Assembly: GCA_963771075.1 (NCBI GenBank)
Contig: CAVYSE010000020.1
Coordinates: 11,385 to 75,384, forward strand
Length of the DNA: 64,000 nt
From: a candidate division FCPU426 bacterium
Lineage (GTDB): Bacteria; Oederibacteriota; Muellerivitia; Muellerivitales; Muellerivitaceae
Reading direction: 5' to 3'
A program made the position numbers and the translations under genes. The notes under the pieces are model-generated. The model saw nothing but the letters and a program-made list of their open reading frames with translations. It was not told where the DNA came from and did not search any database. Positions 1-12,081 of this stretch are shown one piece after another (position 1 is the stretch's first letter; the number at the start of each line of letters is the position of its first letter).

Positions 1-1
1 C

Positions 2-2803
2 TTGAATCATTTCTCCGATTTAAGGTTGACGGGCGGGAACGGCTGGTCGGGCACGGGGGGAAGCGTCCAGGTTTCCATCGGCGCCCTGGACCTGGCGGAC
101 TCGGGTTCGGAATTGAGCGTGCAGGGAGGTTTCGGCCCCGCAAACGGGTCCGCGGACGTCACGATCGGCGCCCTGACCGGCGCGGGGGTGCTTTCCATCT
201 CCAGCAGTGGACAGAGCGGCCTGCAAATCGCCAGCGGGGATTTTGCGGGGGTGATCGGGGGCGACTCGGGTATGGAAAAGACCGGCCCGGGTGCCCTGAC
301 CCTGACGGGCGCCTGCACCTACGCGGGCCCCACCACCCTCACCGGGGGAGTCCTCAATGTCCAGGGGGACAACAACCTGGGCGATAGCGGCCAGTTGCTA
401 TTCAACGGGGGCACCCTCCAAGCCGGGGCCGGTTTCGCCACCACCCAGACCGCATCCATCAATGCCCCCCTGGGCACCGTGGACCTGAACGGCAACTCGG
501 TCACCTGGAACGGAACAATCGGCGGAACAGGAACCCTGGCGGTGGACAACAGCGCTTTTCTTGTAAGCAACCGGCTTTATTTGAACAATCCCAATACCTA
601 TTCGGGGGGAACGAGCGTTGCCTGGTGTGAACTTTGGGTATCCAGCGATTCGGCCTTGGGCGCCAATACCGGTTCCCTGAGCCTGAATGACGCTTACCTA
701 TCGGCGACGAACAATATCGGTTTTAACGCCTCCAGGAACCTGAACCTGATTGCTTCGGGTTTCCTGGACCCCGAGGGCTTCCAACTCACCTGGAACGGCG
801 TGATCAGCGGTTCCGGAGGACTGGGAATCAATGACCTGAGCGGTTCCACGACGGGCTGGGTTCTTTTGACGAACAACAATACCTATACGGGCATTACCAG
901 TGTTTTTTCCGGTACCGGCTTGGCCCTCGCCGGCCATGGGACCCTGGGCACCGGGAACCTGATCAACGACGGCTGGGTGGATTTCAGCCAGACCAACGCC
1001 TCGGCCGTTTCAGGAACTTCCGTAACCGTGTGCGGCATCTTTGGTTATGGAAATCTTAACCTGGGACAAATCGATCTGGTGACGGGAACGAACAACTCCA
1101 ACGGCCAAATAGGCGGTGTCATCGCCGACGGCGGCATCGCCGGGGGCGTGGGGGCTTCCCTCACCAAGGTGGGTTCGGGCTCCCTGACCTTGACAGGGGC
1201 CAACACCTATAGCGGGGGTACGGTCCTGCAGGACGGCATGATCCTGGCGGAAAACCAGGCGGCGCTGGGTACGGGGAATGTGGCCGTCAACGGGGGAACC
1301 CTCTTCGTCGGCAACCTTTTTTCCCTGAATATCAGCGGCCATTACACCCAAGCGGCCGCCGGCACCCTGCAATTGGCCTTGGGACCCTTGGGCCAGGACG
1401 ATACGCTCCGGGTTTCGGGCGCGGCCAGCTTGAACGGCACACTGTCCCTCGCCCCGGCCAGCGGTTTTACGGCCCAACCCGGGAATAGCTTCTTGCCGGT
1501 CACGGCGACTGGCGGGGTGGACGGGCGATTCACCAGCCTGGATAGCGATATCGGAGGCATCCGGTTTTATCCCCTCTACCAGCCGGATGACCTGATCCTG
1601 GAATGCCTTCCCGCCTCCTTCGCCTCCGTCGGCGTGACCCCGAACCAGCAGTCGGTCGGAGGAGGGTTGGACGGCCTTTACGGCAATTCCACTTATAACA
1701 ACCTGATGCAATTCTTGGGAACCCAAACCACGGCGCAATTGACGGGCGACATGGAAAAATTGAGTCCGGAGGGGTTGACCCCCCTCTTCCGCATGGCCTT
1801 CGCCTCCGAGGAAGTGCAGGGCCAGGCCATCAACGAACGCTTGGAAGACCTCCTGGGGTTGACCAGCATCTGGGGCAACGGCTACGCCCGGTACGGGGAA
1901 GAACCCGCCTTCGCCTCGACGATGTCGGCGGGCCAGGAAGCCTCGATCGCCCGTCGGGTGAGGGACGTGAACCGCCTGGGCGGATTTGTGAGCGGGCTGG
2001 GAAATTTTGGCACCGTCACCGGAAGCGGGGATGAGGCGGGTTATAGTTACTCCACAGGAGGGGTCCAGGCGGGCGTGGACTATTGGCTGAACTGCTCGCT
2101 GGTGGCCGGGGTGCTGGTGAGCTACGACACGCAGGGCACCCGTTCAGGAACCGCAGGCTCCGTCAGCGGCAGCGGTGAGCGGGCGGGGTTGTACGGCGGG
2201 TATAAGCAGGGGGTACTGCGCGTGATGGGGGAATTGGACGGCGGCGTGAACAATTACAGCACCCAGCGCCTGACCCTGGGCCCGGGCGGGGCCAATGCCA
2301 CCGCCACGGGTTCGCCCCAGGGGGAACAACTGGACGGAGAATTGGAAGTGGCCCTGGACCTGACCGGTTCGGGCCTGATCCTGTCGCCTTTTGCCTCGGG
2401 CCAATATGGGTACGTTCAAGTGAACGCCTTCCAGGAATCGGCCAACGCGCTTGTTGGCGAATCGTTCCCGACCCAGGGGCAATCGGACTTGGAAAGCCGG
2501 GTGGGGTTGAGGGCGGGGACAAGCTGGCCCCTGGGCCTTTTTAGCCTGGCACCTTCCATCAGCGCCGCATGGGAACATTTTTTTCAGGGTAATCAGGACC
2601 AACTCACGGCGAACTTCGGCGCCCCGGGCAGCGCCTTTACCGTGGCCGGCCCCGCGACAGGCACCGACGACATGGACCTGGCCGCCGAGTTGGAAGCCCA
2701 GGTCTCCCGGCAGGTCACCTTCTTCGCCCAGTTCGAGGGCAAGGTGGGATTGGCGAATGTCGATTCGAAGGACATAACCGGCGGGGTGAATTGGGGTTTC
2801 TAA
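2..2803 (+). CDS. Classical (type Va) autotransporter, 5' partial. Passenger with beta-helix-like Gly/Asn/Thr-rich repeats plus C-terminal autotransporter beta-barrel.
   Basis: The ORF runs off the window start. It contains repetitive GGxL/NGG passenger motifs. The C-terminal ~270 aa have alternating hydrophobic residues and end in GVNWGF, an aromatic terminal residue typical of autotransporter barrels. It is clearly paralogous to the C-terminal half of the next gene (e.g. MEKLSPEGLTPLF...AINERLEDLLGLTS shared). Confidence 0.85.
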   Translation: MNHFSDLRLTGGNGWSGTGGSVQVSIGALDLADSGSELSVQGGFGPANGSADVTIGALTGAGVLSISSSGQSGLQIASGDFAGVIGGDSGMEKTGPGALTLTGACTYAGPTTLTGGVLNVQGDNNLGDSGQLLFNGGTLQAGAGFATTQTASINAPLGTVDLNGNSVTWNGTIGGTGTLAVDNSAFLVSNRLYLNNPNTYSGGTSVAWCELWVSSDSALGANTGSLSLNDAYLSATNNIGFNASRNLNLIASGFLDPEGFQLTWNGVISGSGGLGINDLSGSTTGWVLLTNNNTYTGITSVFSGTGLALAGHGTLGTGNLINDGWVDFSQTNASAVSGTSVTVCGIFGYGNLNLGQIDLVTGTNNSNGQIGGVIADGGIAGGVGASLTKVGSGSLTLTGANTYSGGTVLQDGMILAENQAALGTGNVAVNGGTLFVGNLFSLNISGHYTQAAAGTLQLALGPLGQDDTLRVSGAASLNGTLSLAPASGFTAQPGNSFLPVTATGGVDGRFTSLDSDIGGIRFYPLYQPDDLILECLPASFASVGVTPNQQSVGGGLDGLYGNSTYNNLMQFLGTQTTAQLTGDMEKLSPEGLTPLFRMAFASEEVQGQAINERLEDLLGLTSIWGNGYARYGEEPAFASTMSAGQEASIARRVRDVNRLGGFVSGLGNFGTVTGSGDEAGYSYSTGGVQAGVDYWLNCSLVAGVLVSYDTQGTRSGTAGSVSGSGERAGLYGGYKQGVLRVMGELDGGVNNYSTQRLTLGPGGANATATGSPQGEQLDGELEVALDLTGSGLILSPFASGQYGYVQVNAFQESANALVGESFPTQGQSDLESRVGLRAGTSWPLGLFSLAPSISAAWEHFFQGNQDQLTANFGAPGSAFTVAGPATGTDDMDLAAELEAQVSRQVTFFAQFEGKVGLANVDSKDITGGVNWGF

Positions 2804-3189
2804 CCGCGCTGACTCAAACCGTTCTTAGGACCACCTGGGCCGGTGGATGGGGTAGGTGGGTAAAATAGGTACCACGAACTCAGCCCCTGCGGCTCCATTC
2901 AGAAGCTGAAAAAAACTTTGCTCTTCATCGCGATCTTCGCGGAAATCGTTTGAGGCAAGTTACCGGTAATAGATAAAAACAGGGCAGTTGTCAAATCGAT
3001 AATATTTGTATTCATCCATAATTGTAAGAATCTTCCCTTATTTCCGTTCAATTCGAGGTAAGATTTGAAAGCTGTTCCTTTCGCCCCCCTTCAGGGCAAC
3101 CGGTGCCCCGGTTGCCGAATGGGGATTCATTCAAAAAACCAAAATTCAAACAATCCAAATCACTTAATCTCCACGAAAAGGGAAGAACT

Positions 3190-6100
3190 ATGAAAAACCT
3201 CTTTGGGATACCAGCGTTGAAAATCTCCGCGTTTGCGGTCGCGGCTCTTGGGTTCATCCTGGGTCCAGGGTTGGGTTGGACCCAATCGAATTACCAGATC
3301 ACTGACGCCAGCGACCTGGCCGCGGCCATCCCGGCCATCAACTCGGGCGCCGTTTCCTCCACCCTGACCTTCCAGGATTCCTTGATCAACCTTTCCACCC
3401 TGTCGGGCCCCCTGAGCGTGATCGGGTACGACGTCAACATCCAGGCCGCTCCGGCGGGCAACTATTTGAGCGTCTATAACGCCACTTTCGGGGCCACGGC
3501 CAGCCTCAACTCCACGGCCTTGGTGGCGGTCAGCGCCTCCAACCTGGTGAACTTATCCGGCGGCGGATATTTCGGGACGGACGGGTCGGGAAACGGCCTG
3601 GCGGGAAACGCGGACTCCCTGGGCGCGGGAAGCCTCGCCTTGTCCCCGGGAGCTTCGCTCAACCTGCAGGGTGGCAACGGCGATAGCGGAACGGGCACGG
3701 GCGTGGGCGGCGCCTCGGGGAGTTCCACCCTCTCGGTGGCCTCCATGCTTTCGATGGATTCCAGCTCGGTCGCGGTCGCGGGCGCGGGGGGCGGCTCGGG
3801 AAATGGGACCTTGGGTAACACGGAAGGTTCGGGCGGCGACGCCCTCGTGACCCTGGGGCCCCTCAGCGAAACCTCGGCCAGTTACCTGGGGAGTTCAACC
3901 GGAAATCTTTCCACCTTCACCCTCACGGGCGGCAATGGCGGCGGGGACAGCGCCCAGGGTAACGGGGGCAATGGGGGCGCGGCTTCCCTGAGCCTTTCCG
4001 GCCCGGCATCGGTGGATACAAGCACCGTGATTCTTACGGGAGGCAATGGCGGGTCGGTCAACGGATCGGCTATTGACGCCAACCTAGGCAACGGTGGCCA
4101 GGGCGGCGCGGCGGGCCTGATCCTGTCCGGTGGATTGTCCCTTCGGTCCGGCAGTGCCATCGTGACGGGCGGTAAGGGGGAAGCACCCAAAGTGGCGCGA
4201 ATATCGGGGGCGTTATCGGCGGCGCGGGCGGCGCGGGCGGCGATGCCGTTGTTTCCATCGGATCGGATGTGTCCCTCAGCGCGGCGAGCGGGGCCTCCAC
4301 CCTCGGGATCGCCGGAGGGAAGGGCGGCAACAACGTGAGTGAGGATTGGGGGGCCGGAGGCACGGGCGGCAGCGCTGTGCTATCGGTGGCGGGGATGGTT
4401 TCGGTGGATTCCAGCGCCATCCAGGTATCCGGCGGGTCGGCCGGCCAGGGAAACAACCAGACGGGATCGGCGGGAAGCCAGGGTGGGAACGCGACCGCGT
4501 CCCTGACCTCCTTGGTCATGACCTCCAACAGTTTCGCCGCTAATTCCGCTATCGGCACCCGGTCCAGTTTCTCGCTTGCCGGTGGGAATGGAGCGGTGGA
4601 ATTCGGCGATGGCAACGGGGGCAACGGGGGGCAGGCTCTCCTGACGCTTACCGGATCGGGCTCGGTGGATTCCAGCGACCTGGAAGTGGCGGGGGGCGGG
4701 GGCGGGTCTTACGACGGCTATGACAAATTGGGGGGCCCGGGGACCGGCGGCATTGCCGGTAACGGTGGGGATGGAACGGTTTCAGCAAGCTTGGGACTCA
4801 CCCTGACCGCGGCGAACCAATCCGCCACCTTGAGGGTGTCGGGCGGCGGGGGCGGAACCGGAAGCGAGGCGGGTAACGCGGTTCCGGGGGTGGGCGGTTC
4901 GGGGGGCACAGGGAGCCTGGAAGCCGGGCCGGTATCGATCGATTCCAGCACCCTCCAGGTCCTGGGCGGGGTGGGCGGCGCGGGGAACGGCCAAAGCGGC
5001 GTGACAGAAGGCATGGGCGGGGATTCGAACGCCATGGTCCAGGGGTCCCTGGTCCTGACCTCAAACCAGTATTTCACCCATTCCGGGGTCGGGGCTTCCT
5101 CCAATTTGATCCTGGGCGGGGGTTCCGGGGGAAGTGACCTGAACCTGGGCCAGGGGGGGACGGCGGTTCGGCGGCCCTGACGGTTTCGGGCGGTGTATCG
5201 TTGGATTCCAGCAACGTGACGGTCTCGGGCGGTTTGGGCGGCACGGCGGTAAATGGCAATGGCGGCAACGGCGGTGGGGCCTCGGTTTCCCTCGCGTCAG
5301 GCTTGTCCCTCACGGCGGGATATGGCGCCTCCAACCTCGATGTGCTCGGAGCCAATGGCGGAACGAACAACGGCACCGCCGCAGGCGTGGGCGGGTCGGG
5401 TGGCTCGGCGGAACTGTGGGTTTCGGGCCCAGTCTCGGCGGATTCCAGCTCGATCAACCTTTCCGGCGGTAATGGCGCTTATGGCGTGGGCTCAACCCAA
5501 GGCCCGGGGGGTGATGCATCCATGAACGTTGGATCATTGGTAGTCACTTCCAACCAATATTTCGGGGGCCTCGGCAGGGGAGTTCAATCGGGAATCACGG
5601 TCACTGGCGGCGAGGGCGGTTTTACAAATCAGGGCAACGCGGGCGCCGGGGGAGGCGAATTTCACCTCGTCCAGGGCGGTGTCGGTGGATTCGGGGCTCG
5701 TCCAAATCACCGGCGGGGCCGGAGGCAGCTCCACGAACGGAGCGGGGGGCCAAGGCGGCGGCAGCTCCATGACGGTTGGGACCGATTTGAATTTGACCGG
5801 GACCCACCAGGGTTCGGTCTTGACCCTATTGGGTGGGGCTGGAGGCAACGGGGCCGATGGCGGCGGTACGACCTTGACGGTCGGGGGCAACCTCTTATCG
5901 GATTCCAGCGTCGGAATGATCACCGGTGGCGCGGGCGGCAATGCGGCCAGCGGGAACGGCGGCAATGGGGGCAACGCGGCGGTCCTCGCCGGTGGGAATT
6001 TAAACCTGACTTCAACCATTAGCGATGACACTTTCACATTGGCGGGTGGGAAGGGGGGGCAGTCGAATGCCTCCGGCGTGGGGGGGATGGGCGGCAACGC

Positions 6101-9100
6101 GCTGCTGTCGGTGAATGGCGCGGTCAATGTAAACGCCGGGTCGTTGGAAGTCGCGGGGGGCGCGGGTAATTCGGACTATGGTTCCGCTGGTTCCATGGAC
6201 GGATCAGGCGGGAACGCGACCGCCCTACTGACCAATATGACCTTGACCTCGGATAATTATTTCGGTGGGCCCAACGTGGGTTCCCAAGCCAGTTTCACCC
6301 TCGCGGGGGGACAGGGCGGAAGTGACCTCAACCTGGGCAACGGGGGCGAAGGAGGCTCCTCGGCCTTGACGGTTTCGGGATGCGGTCTCGTTGGATTCGA
6401 GCGAATTGGCCCTTTCCGGCGGGGATGGCGGCGGCACCACTAACGGTACGGGCGGCACCGGTGGTAGCGCGACGGCCTCCTTTGGATCGATCTTGACCCT
6501 GACCGCCGCCCACGGCGATACCACTTTTACGGTGGCCGGTGGGGCGGGTGGCCAGTCGAATGGTTCCGGAACGGGCGGAACGGGCGGCGACGCGCTCTTG
6601 TCGGTCAATGGGGCTTTATCGATCGATTCCGCCAATGTGACCGTGGCAGGGGGGATTGGCAATGTCGGCGTTGGTTCCACCGGGTCCATGAACGGCGCGG
6701 GCGGAAACTCAGGTGCCGCTATGTCGGGCCTGTTTATGACCTCGAATAGTTATTTTGGGGGCCCGAGCGCTGGGTCCCAGGCCAGTTATGTCCTCGCGGG
6801 GGGAAACGGGGGGAGTGACACGGGCTTGGGCAACGGGGGCAAAGGGGGCTCGGCGGCCTTGACCCTCTTGGGCGGAGTTCAGGCGGATTCCAGCCTGGTT
6901 CAAATAACAGGAGGCAGCGGTGGAAGTTCCAGCGCAGGCGTGGCGGGCCAGGGTGGCGACAGTTCCTTGACCACCGGAACGGGTATCAGCCTGTCTGGAA
7001 CCTACCAGAGTTCGGTTTTGGATATCGCGGGAGGGTCGGGCGGCAATGGGGCCGATGGCGGTTCGGCGGCCTTGACGGTCGGGACGGCGATCACGGCCCA
7101 TTCCAGTTTCGTGACGGTTTCGGGAGGGTCGGGTGGCAATATCGCCAGCGGAAACGGGGGAAAAGGGGGCGACGCGACGGCGGTCCTCGGCACCTCTTTA
7201 GACATGGTCGCGGACAACAGCGATACCGGGTTCTCGGTGCTCGGTGGGAAGGGCGGCCAGACCAACGGATCAGGGGTGGGCGGGGCGGGCGGTGAGGCGG
7301 TTTTGACGGTCGCTTCCTCGGTGTCGGCGGATACCAGCCAGGTGAACATCCTGGGCGGCAACGCCAACTCGGGTTACGGTTCGAGCGGCGTTACCGAAAT
7401 GGCGGGCGGCGACGCGAACGCGTCCCTGGGTTCCATGAACCTGACCTCCAACCTTTATTACGGAAATCCCGGGGCCTATACCGGACCGGCCGCCCTAAAC
7501 CTGACGGGTGGGAATGGCGGTTATGACAGCAACGCGGGCAACGGCGGCCAGGGCGGTTCGGCATCCCTGACCGTTTCCGGGGGGTTCTCCATTGATTCCA
7601 GCCAGGTCGGTTTAAGGGGAGGCGTGGGCGGTAACGTGTCCAGCGGAACCGGGGGGCAGGGGGGAAACGCGTGGGTTTCCATCGGCACTGACTTGACCCT
7701 GGGTTCAACCTACGGGAGTTCGGGCATGAACCTGTACGGAGGGGGCGGCGGGAGCAGTTCCTCCGGGGTCGGGGGGGCGGGCGGCGACGCGACACTCCTG
7801 GTTTCGGGCGCCTTCTCGGGAAGCAATATCAACGTATTGGCGGGTAACGGCTCCAACGGTGGCAACGGCGGCAACGCCATTTTTGACGCGAATTCCGCGG
7901 CCTTGAACGGTAGCGCCACCCTGACCCTCCAGGCGGGGAATGGGGGCTCCGCCGGCAATGCGGGGGTCACCCTTGGTTCCCTCGACCTGGTGGACGCGGG
8001 TACCTTCATGAGCGTGCAGGCGGGAACGGGCACGTCCAACGGCGCGGCGAACGTCCAAATCGGATCGCTCGCGGGAGCAGGGGGACTTTTCGTCAACAGC
8101 GCGGGCAACAGCAGTTTGCAGGTTTCCAGCGGCGATTTCACCGGCGTCATTTCCGGAAATACGGGGCTGGACAAGACCGGCGCCGGGGCCCTGACCCTGA
8201 CGGCCGACAACACCTATTCGCAGGCCACTACCCTGGATGGGGGCGTCCTTCAATTCGGGGCTGACGCCAACCTGGGCGCCAGCGGCCAGCTGGTTTTCAA
8301 CGGGGGAACCCTGCAGGCGGGCAACGATCTCATCACCAACGAGACGGCGACGCTGGCATCTACGGCGGGAACCATTGACCTGAACGGCAACGCCGTGACT
8401 TGGAACGGAGTGATCGGCGGGCCGGGGTCCCTCAACGTGATCTCCTCGGCGGCGGGTTCGGGCCTCCTGACCCTTTCCAACACGAATACCTATGCGGGGG
8501 CCACATCCATCGTGAATACCGCGGTGGGTGTTTTTGGGGATTCCAACCTGGGGACGGGCGGGATTGTGCTTAATGGCGGCACCCTGGCGGCTTTGGACAA
8601 CCTGACCCTTTCCCATTCCATCACCCTTCTCGCGAACGGCGGGACCGTGGAGGATGACGCGAATAACATTACTTTGAGCGGAATCATCAGCGGTTCCGGC
8701 GGATTGAACCTTGAGGGCACCCCTTTTCACGGGGTTCAAGTTCTTAGCTTGACCGGGGCCAACACCTATTCGGGCGGGACAACCATCGGAGCCTTGTATT
8801 TACAGATCCAAAGTGGAGCCGACTTGGGGACGGGGACCGTTGTGTTCAATGGAGGGATATTACAGGCGGGCGCCAGTTTCGCCGCCAATCAAGACATCGC
8901 ACTTAATAACGGGTCGCGTGAGATTGATCTCAACGGCAACTCGGTCACCTGGAACGGCGTTATTAGCGGGAATGGGGAATTGGAGGTAGGGGATTCCTCT
9001 GGAAGTGGAAATGGGGTTTTGCGGCTGACCAATTCCAATACCTATACGAATGGGACTTTAGTGAATGGGGCTAATCTTTGGGTTTCCAGCGACGCCAACC

Positions 9101-11265
9101 TGGGCGCGGCCTCTGGCACCCTCAACCTGAGCGACGGCCAACTTTCGGCCTCCGACAACATCAATTTCAACGCCTCGAGAAACTTGGACCTGACCGGAAG
9201 CGGCGGCTTGTTGGATACCGAAGGCAACCAGATTACCTGGAACGGTGTCATTAGCGGCTCGGGAAACTTTGAGATCGGGGATGGCAGCCATTCCAGCACG
9301 GGGGCGGTGACCCTGACCAATGCCAATACCTATACCGGTTCCACCGTGGTCGATTTGGGCACCAGTCTGGTCCTCTCCGGCAATGGGACCTTGGGCGAGG
9401 GTATGCTGGGAGCTAATGGAACCGTCGATTTCAGCCTGACTAACGCCTCGGCCGTGGCGGGCACGCCCGTAACGGTTTCCTCCATCATCGGGAACGGCAA
9501 CCTCTACCTGGGCCGGATCGACCTGGTGACGGGGACCGATAACGCCAACGTGGAATTCGACGGGGTTATTTCCGACGGCGGGGCCGCAGGCGCGGGCGTC
9601 ACAGGCGCCTCGCTGACCAAGGTGGGTTCCGGGGCCTTGACCCTGACGGGCGAAAACACCTATAGCGGCGGCACGGTCCTTCAAAGCGGAACTCTCGTGG
9701 CGGGAAATAGCCAAGTGTTCGGCACTGGCGATGTGGCCCTCAACGGGGGTACCCTTCAGATCAGCGGGCCCCGGTCCCTGAACGTGGGGGGCAATTACAC
9801 CCAATCGGCCGGGGCGACCCTGGCCCTGGGCTTAGGCCCCATCGCGACTTCTTGGGACACCCTGGTGGTCGGGGGCACCGCCCACCTGGGCGGAACCCTG
9901 GAAGTGGTTTCCTACGGGGGGTTCGCCATTCACGACAACGAGACCTTCACCATCGTGGAGGCGGCCGGCGTGACCGGAACCTTCGGGAGCGTACAGGATT
10001 CCGTGCCCGGAGACGCGGTGTCGGTGGCCTACAACCCCACCGACGTGATCCTTTGCACACTGGCCAACGCGCCTTCATTCCATTCGTTGGGCACGACTTC
10101 CAACCAAAAACAGGTCGGCTCGGCCTTGGATAACCTGGCCACGGGTTCGGGTTCATCCGCCCTGATCACCTTCCTGAACAGCCAGTCCAATTCCGCCCTC
10201 CCGGGCGAAATGGAAAAATTGAGCCCGGCGGGATTAACTCCCCTTTTCCAGATGGGATACGCCTCGGCGGAAGTGCGGGGGCAGGCCATCAACGCGAGGC
10301 TGGAGGACCTCTTGGGTCTCACCAGCGTCTACGGCAACGGCCTGGCGAGGATGGGCGGAAGCCCGATGTTCGCCTCGACCCTGCCGGCGCGGGAGGAAGC
10401 GGGGATCGCCCGGCATGTTTCCGAGGACAACCGCCTGGGCGGGTTCCTGACCGGGCTGGGCGATTTCGGCACCGTCTCGGGCGATGGCAACGCTCCCGGT
10501 TACAGCTTTTCCACGGGAGGAGTGCAGGCGGGCATCGACTATTGGTTCGACCGCTCCCTGGTGGCCGGTCTTCTCTTCGGCTATGACCAGTCGGGAACCG
10601 GCACGGGAAGCACCGCCAGCGTCAGCGGCAGCGGGGAAATGGGAGGCCTCTACGCCGGATGGAAGGCGGATGAGCTTCGGATTTTGGCCCAGGTGACCGG
10701 CGGGCTGGACAACTACAGTACCCAGCGCGAGACGCTGGGCATGGGCGGGGTCAACGCCGTCGCCACGGGTTCGCCCCAGGGGGAACAACTGGGCGGGGAA
10801 CTGAAGGTGGCCTTGGACCTGACCGACGCCGGCCTGATCCTCTCTCCCTTCGCCTCGGGCCAGTATGGCTACGTGCAGGTGAACGCCTTCCAGGAAGCGG
10901 GAGGCGGGGTGCTGGCGCCCGAGTCCTTCCCGAACCAGGGGCAATCCTCCCTGTCGAGCCAATTGGGCCTCAAGATGGGGACGAGCTGGTACCTGGGAGA
11001 CTTCAGCCTGGCGCCCTCCATCAGCGCCGCCTGGGAACATTTCTTCCAGGGCGACCTGGACCAGATAACGGCTAATTTCGGGACCTCGGGTTCATCCTTC
11101 ATGGTGAGCGGACCCGCCACCGGGGCCGACGACGCCCTCTTGGGCGCCGGCTTGGAAGCACAGTTCTCCCGGCAAGTCACCTTTTTCGCCCAGTTCCAGG
11201 GCAGGGTGGGCATGACGAACGTGGATTCGAAGAATATTTCGGGCGGGGTGAACCTGGCTTTTTAA
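3190..11265 (+). pseudogene. Giant (~2690 aa if intact) classical autotransporter with Gly-rich (GGNGG / VDSS) repeat passenger and C-terminal autotransporter barrel. It is disrupted by four single-base frameshifts. Track ORFs 3103..4338, 4269..5180, 5201..6022, 5679..6443 and 6391..11265 are segments of one gene.
   Basis: ATG at 3190 after an AAGGGA ribosome-binding site, followed by a signal peptide MKNLFGIPALKISAFAVAALGFILG. The five successive ORFs in frames 1,0,2,0,1 all carry the same repeat family (LTVSGGVSLDSS..., GGNGGSDLNLGNGG...). Restoring one G in the G5 run at 4176-4180, one G in the G7 run at 5153-5159, one base near 5680, and removing one base near 6379-6386 makes one continuous frame. 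The C-terminus ends GGVNLAF with an autotransporter barrel homologous to ORF 2..2803. Confidence 0.8.
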
Positions 11266-11331
11266 GCGCCAGGTTGGGATGGGATCTTCTTGAGATCGGA
11301 AACAGTTGGAATATACACGGGATAGGCGGTC

Positions 11332-12015
11332 ATGAAGGGAAAACGGAAAAAAAAGCCGAAGGGTAAAGGAATCAACTGGAAGAGGGGATGGCCCCTTCTT
11401 TTGGCTTTTGGGGCGGGCCTTTTGGCTGGCGGCGGCCTGATCGCCCTCTTGGAACACGCCTGGGCCCCTCCCCCCCTACCCTCCGAAACCGAGAAGATCG
11501 AGTCCACGGACGTCAAACAATTGTTAAGCCAGGCGGTTGAGGCTTTTCACCTCAAAAATGACCCCCGCAAGACCTTGCGGCTGTTCCAAAAGATATTGAC
11601 GATCGACCCGAACAATTATGACGCGAACCTCTATTGCGGCACCCTCTACGCCCAACAGATCGATCCGCCCGATTTCGGCGCGGCCATTTACCACACGAAC
11701 CGGGCGTTGAAAGTCAAAAAGGACTACATCATCCTCATGGCTTATGGCGGCCTGTTGTGGCAAGACCAGGACTGGGCCGAGGCGGAAACGGTTTTCAGGG
11801 ATTGCGTGAATGAAAAACCGGGGGATTATTACGCATGGTGGTCCCTGGCCTTCATGCTGGAACAAGAGGGAAAATACGCCGAGGCCTTGGCGGATTACAC
11901 CCAGTCCGAAACGCTGACGAAGGATGCCGCGGTAGTGGCCCGGATCGAAGCCCAGCGGATGTCCTTGATGAAAAAGATGGGGGCTGTCAAAAAGCTGAAG
12001 GGGGAGCGGGGTTGA
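11332..12015 (+). CDS. Membrane-anchored TPR-repeat protein
   Basis: Lys-rich N-terminus followed by a single hydrophobic helix (WPLLLAFGAGLLAGGGLIALL). TPR-like helical repeats (LRLFQKILTIDPNNYDANLYCGTLYAQQ...). Confidence 0.6.
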   Translation: MKGKRKKKPKGKGINWKRGWPLLLAFGAGLLAGGGLIALLEHAWAPPPLPSETEKIESTDVKQLLSQAVEAFHLKNDPRKTLRLFQKILTIDPNNYDANLYCGTLYAQQIDPPDFGAAIYHTNRALKVKKDYIILMAYGGLLWQDQDWAEAETVFRDCVNEKPGDYYAWWSLAFMLEQEGKYAEALADYTQSETLTKDAAVVARIEAQRMSLMKKMGAVKKLKGERG

Positions 12016-12081
12016 AAGATGGTTTCCTGCAGTTGGGTAACCCGCAGTGGGGCGGGTCTGCGGGGAGCGACGACCGGAGGA

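Noticed and set aside
1010-1738. Long antisense ORFs inside the autotransporter genes (for example 1010..1738 -, 7705..8739 -, 9058..9804 -, 10234..11040 -)
   Set aside because: Typical of high-GC DNA. They lie entirely within strongly supported plus-strand genes and translate to Arg/Gly/Pro-rich low-complexity sequence without domains.
3103-3189. Track start at 3103 for the giant autotransporter
   Set aside because: An upstream alternative start without a ribosome-binding site. ATG at 3190 with AAGGGA and a canonical signal peptide is far more plausible.
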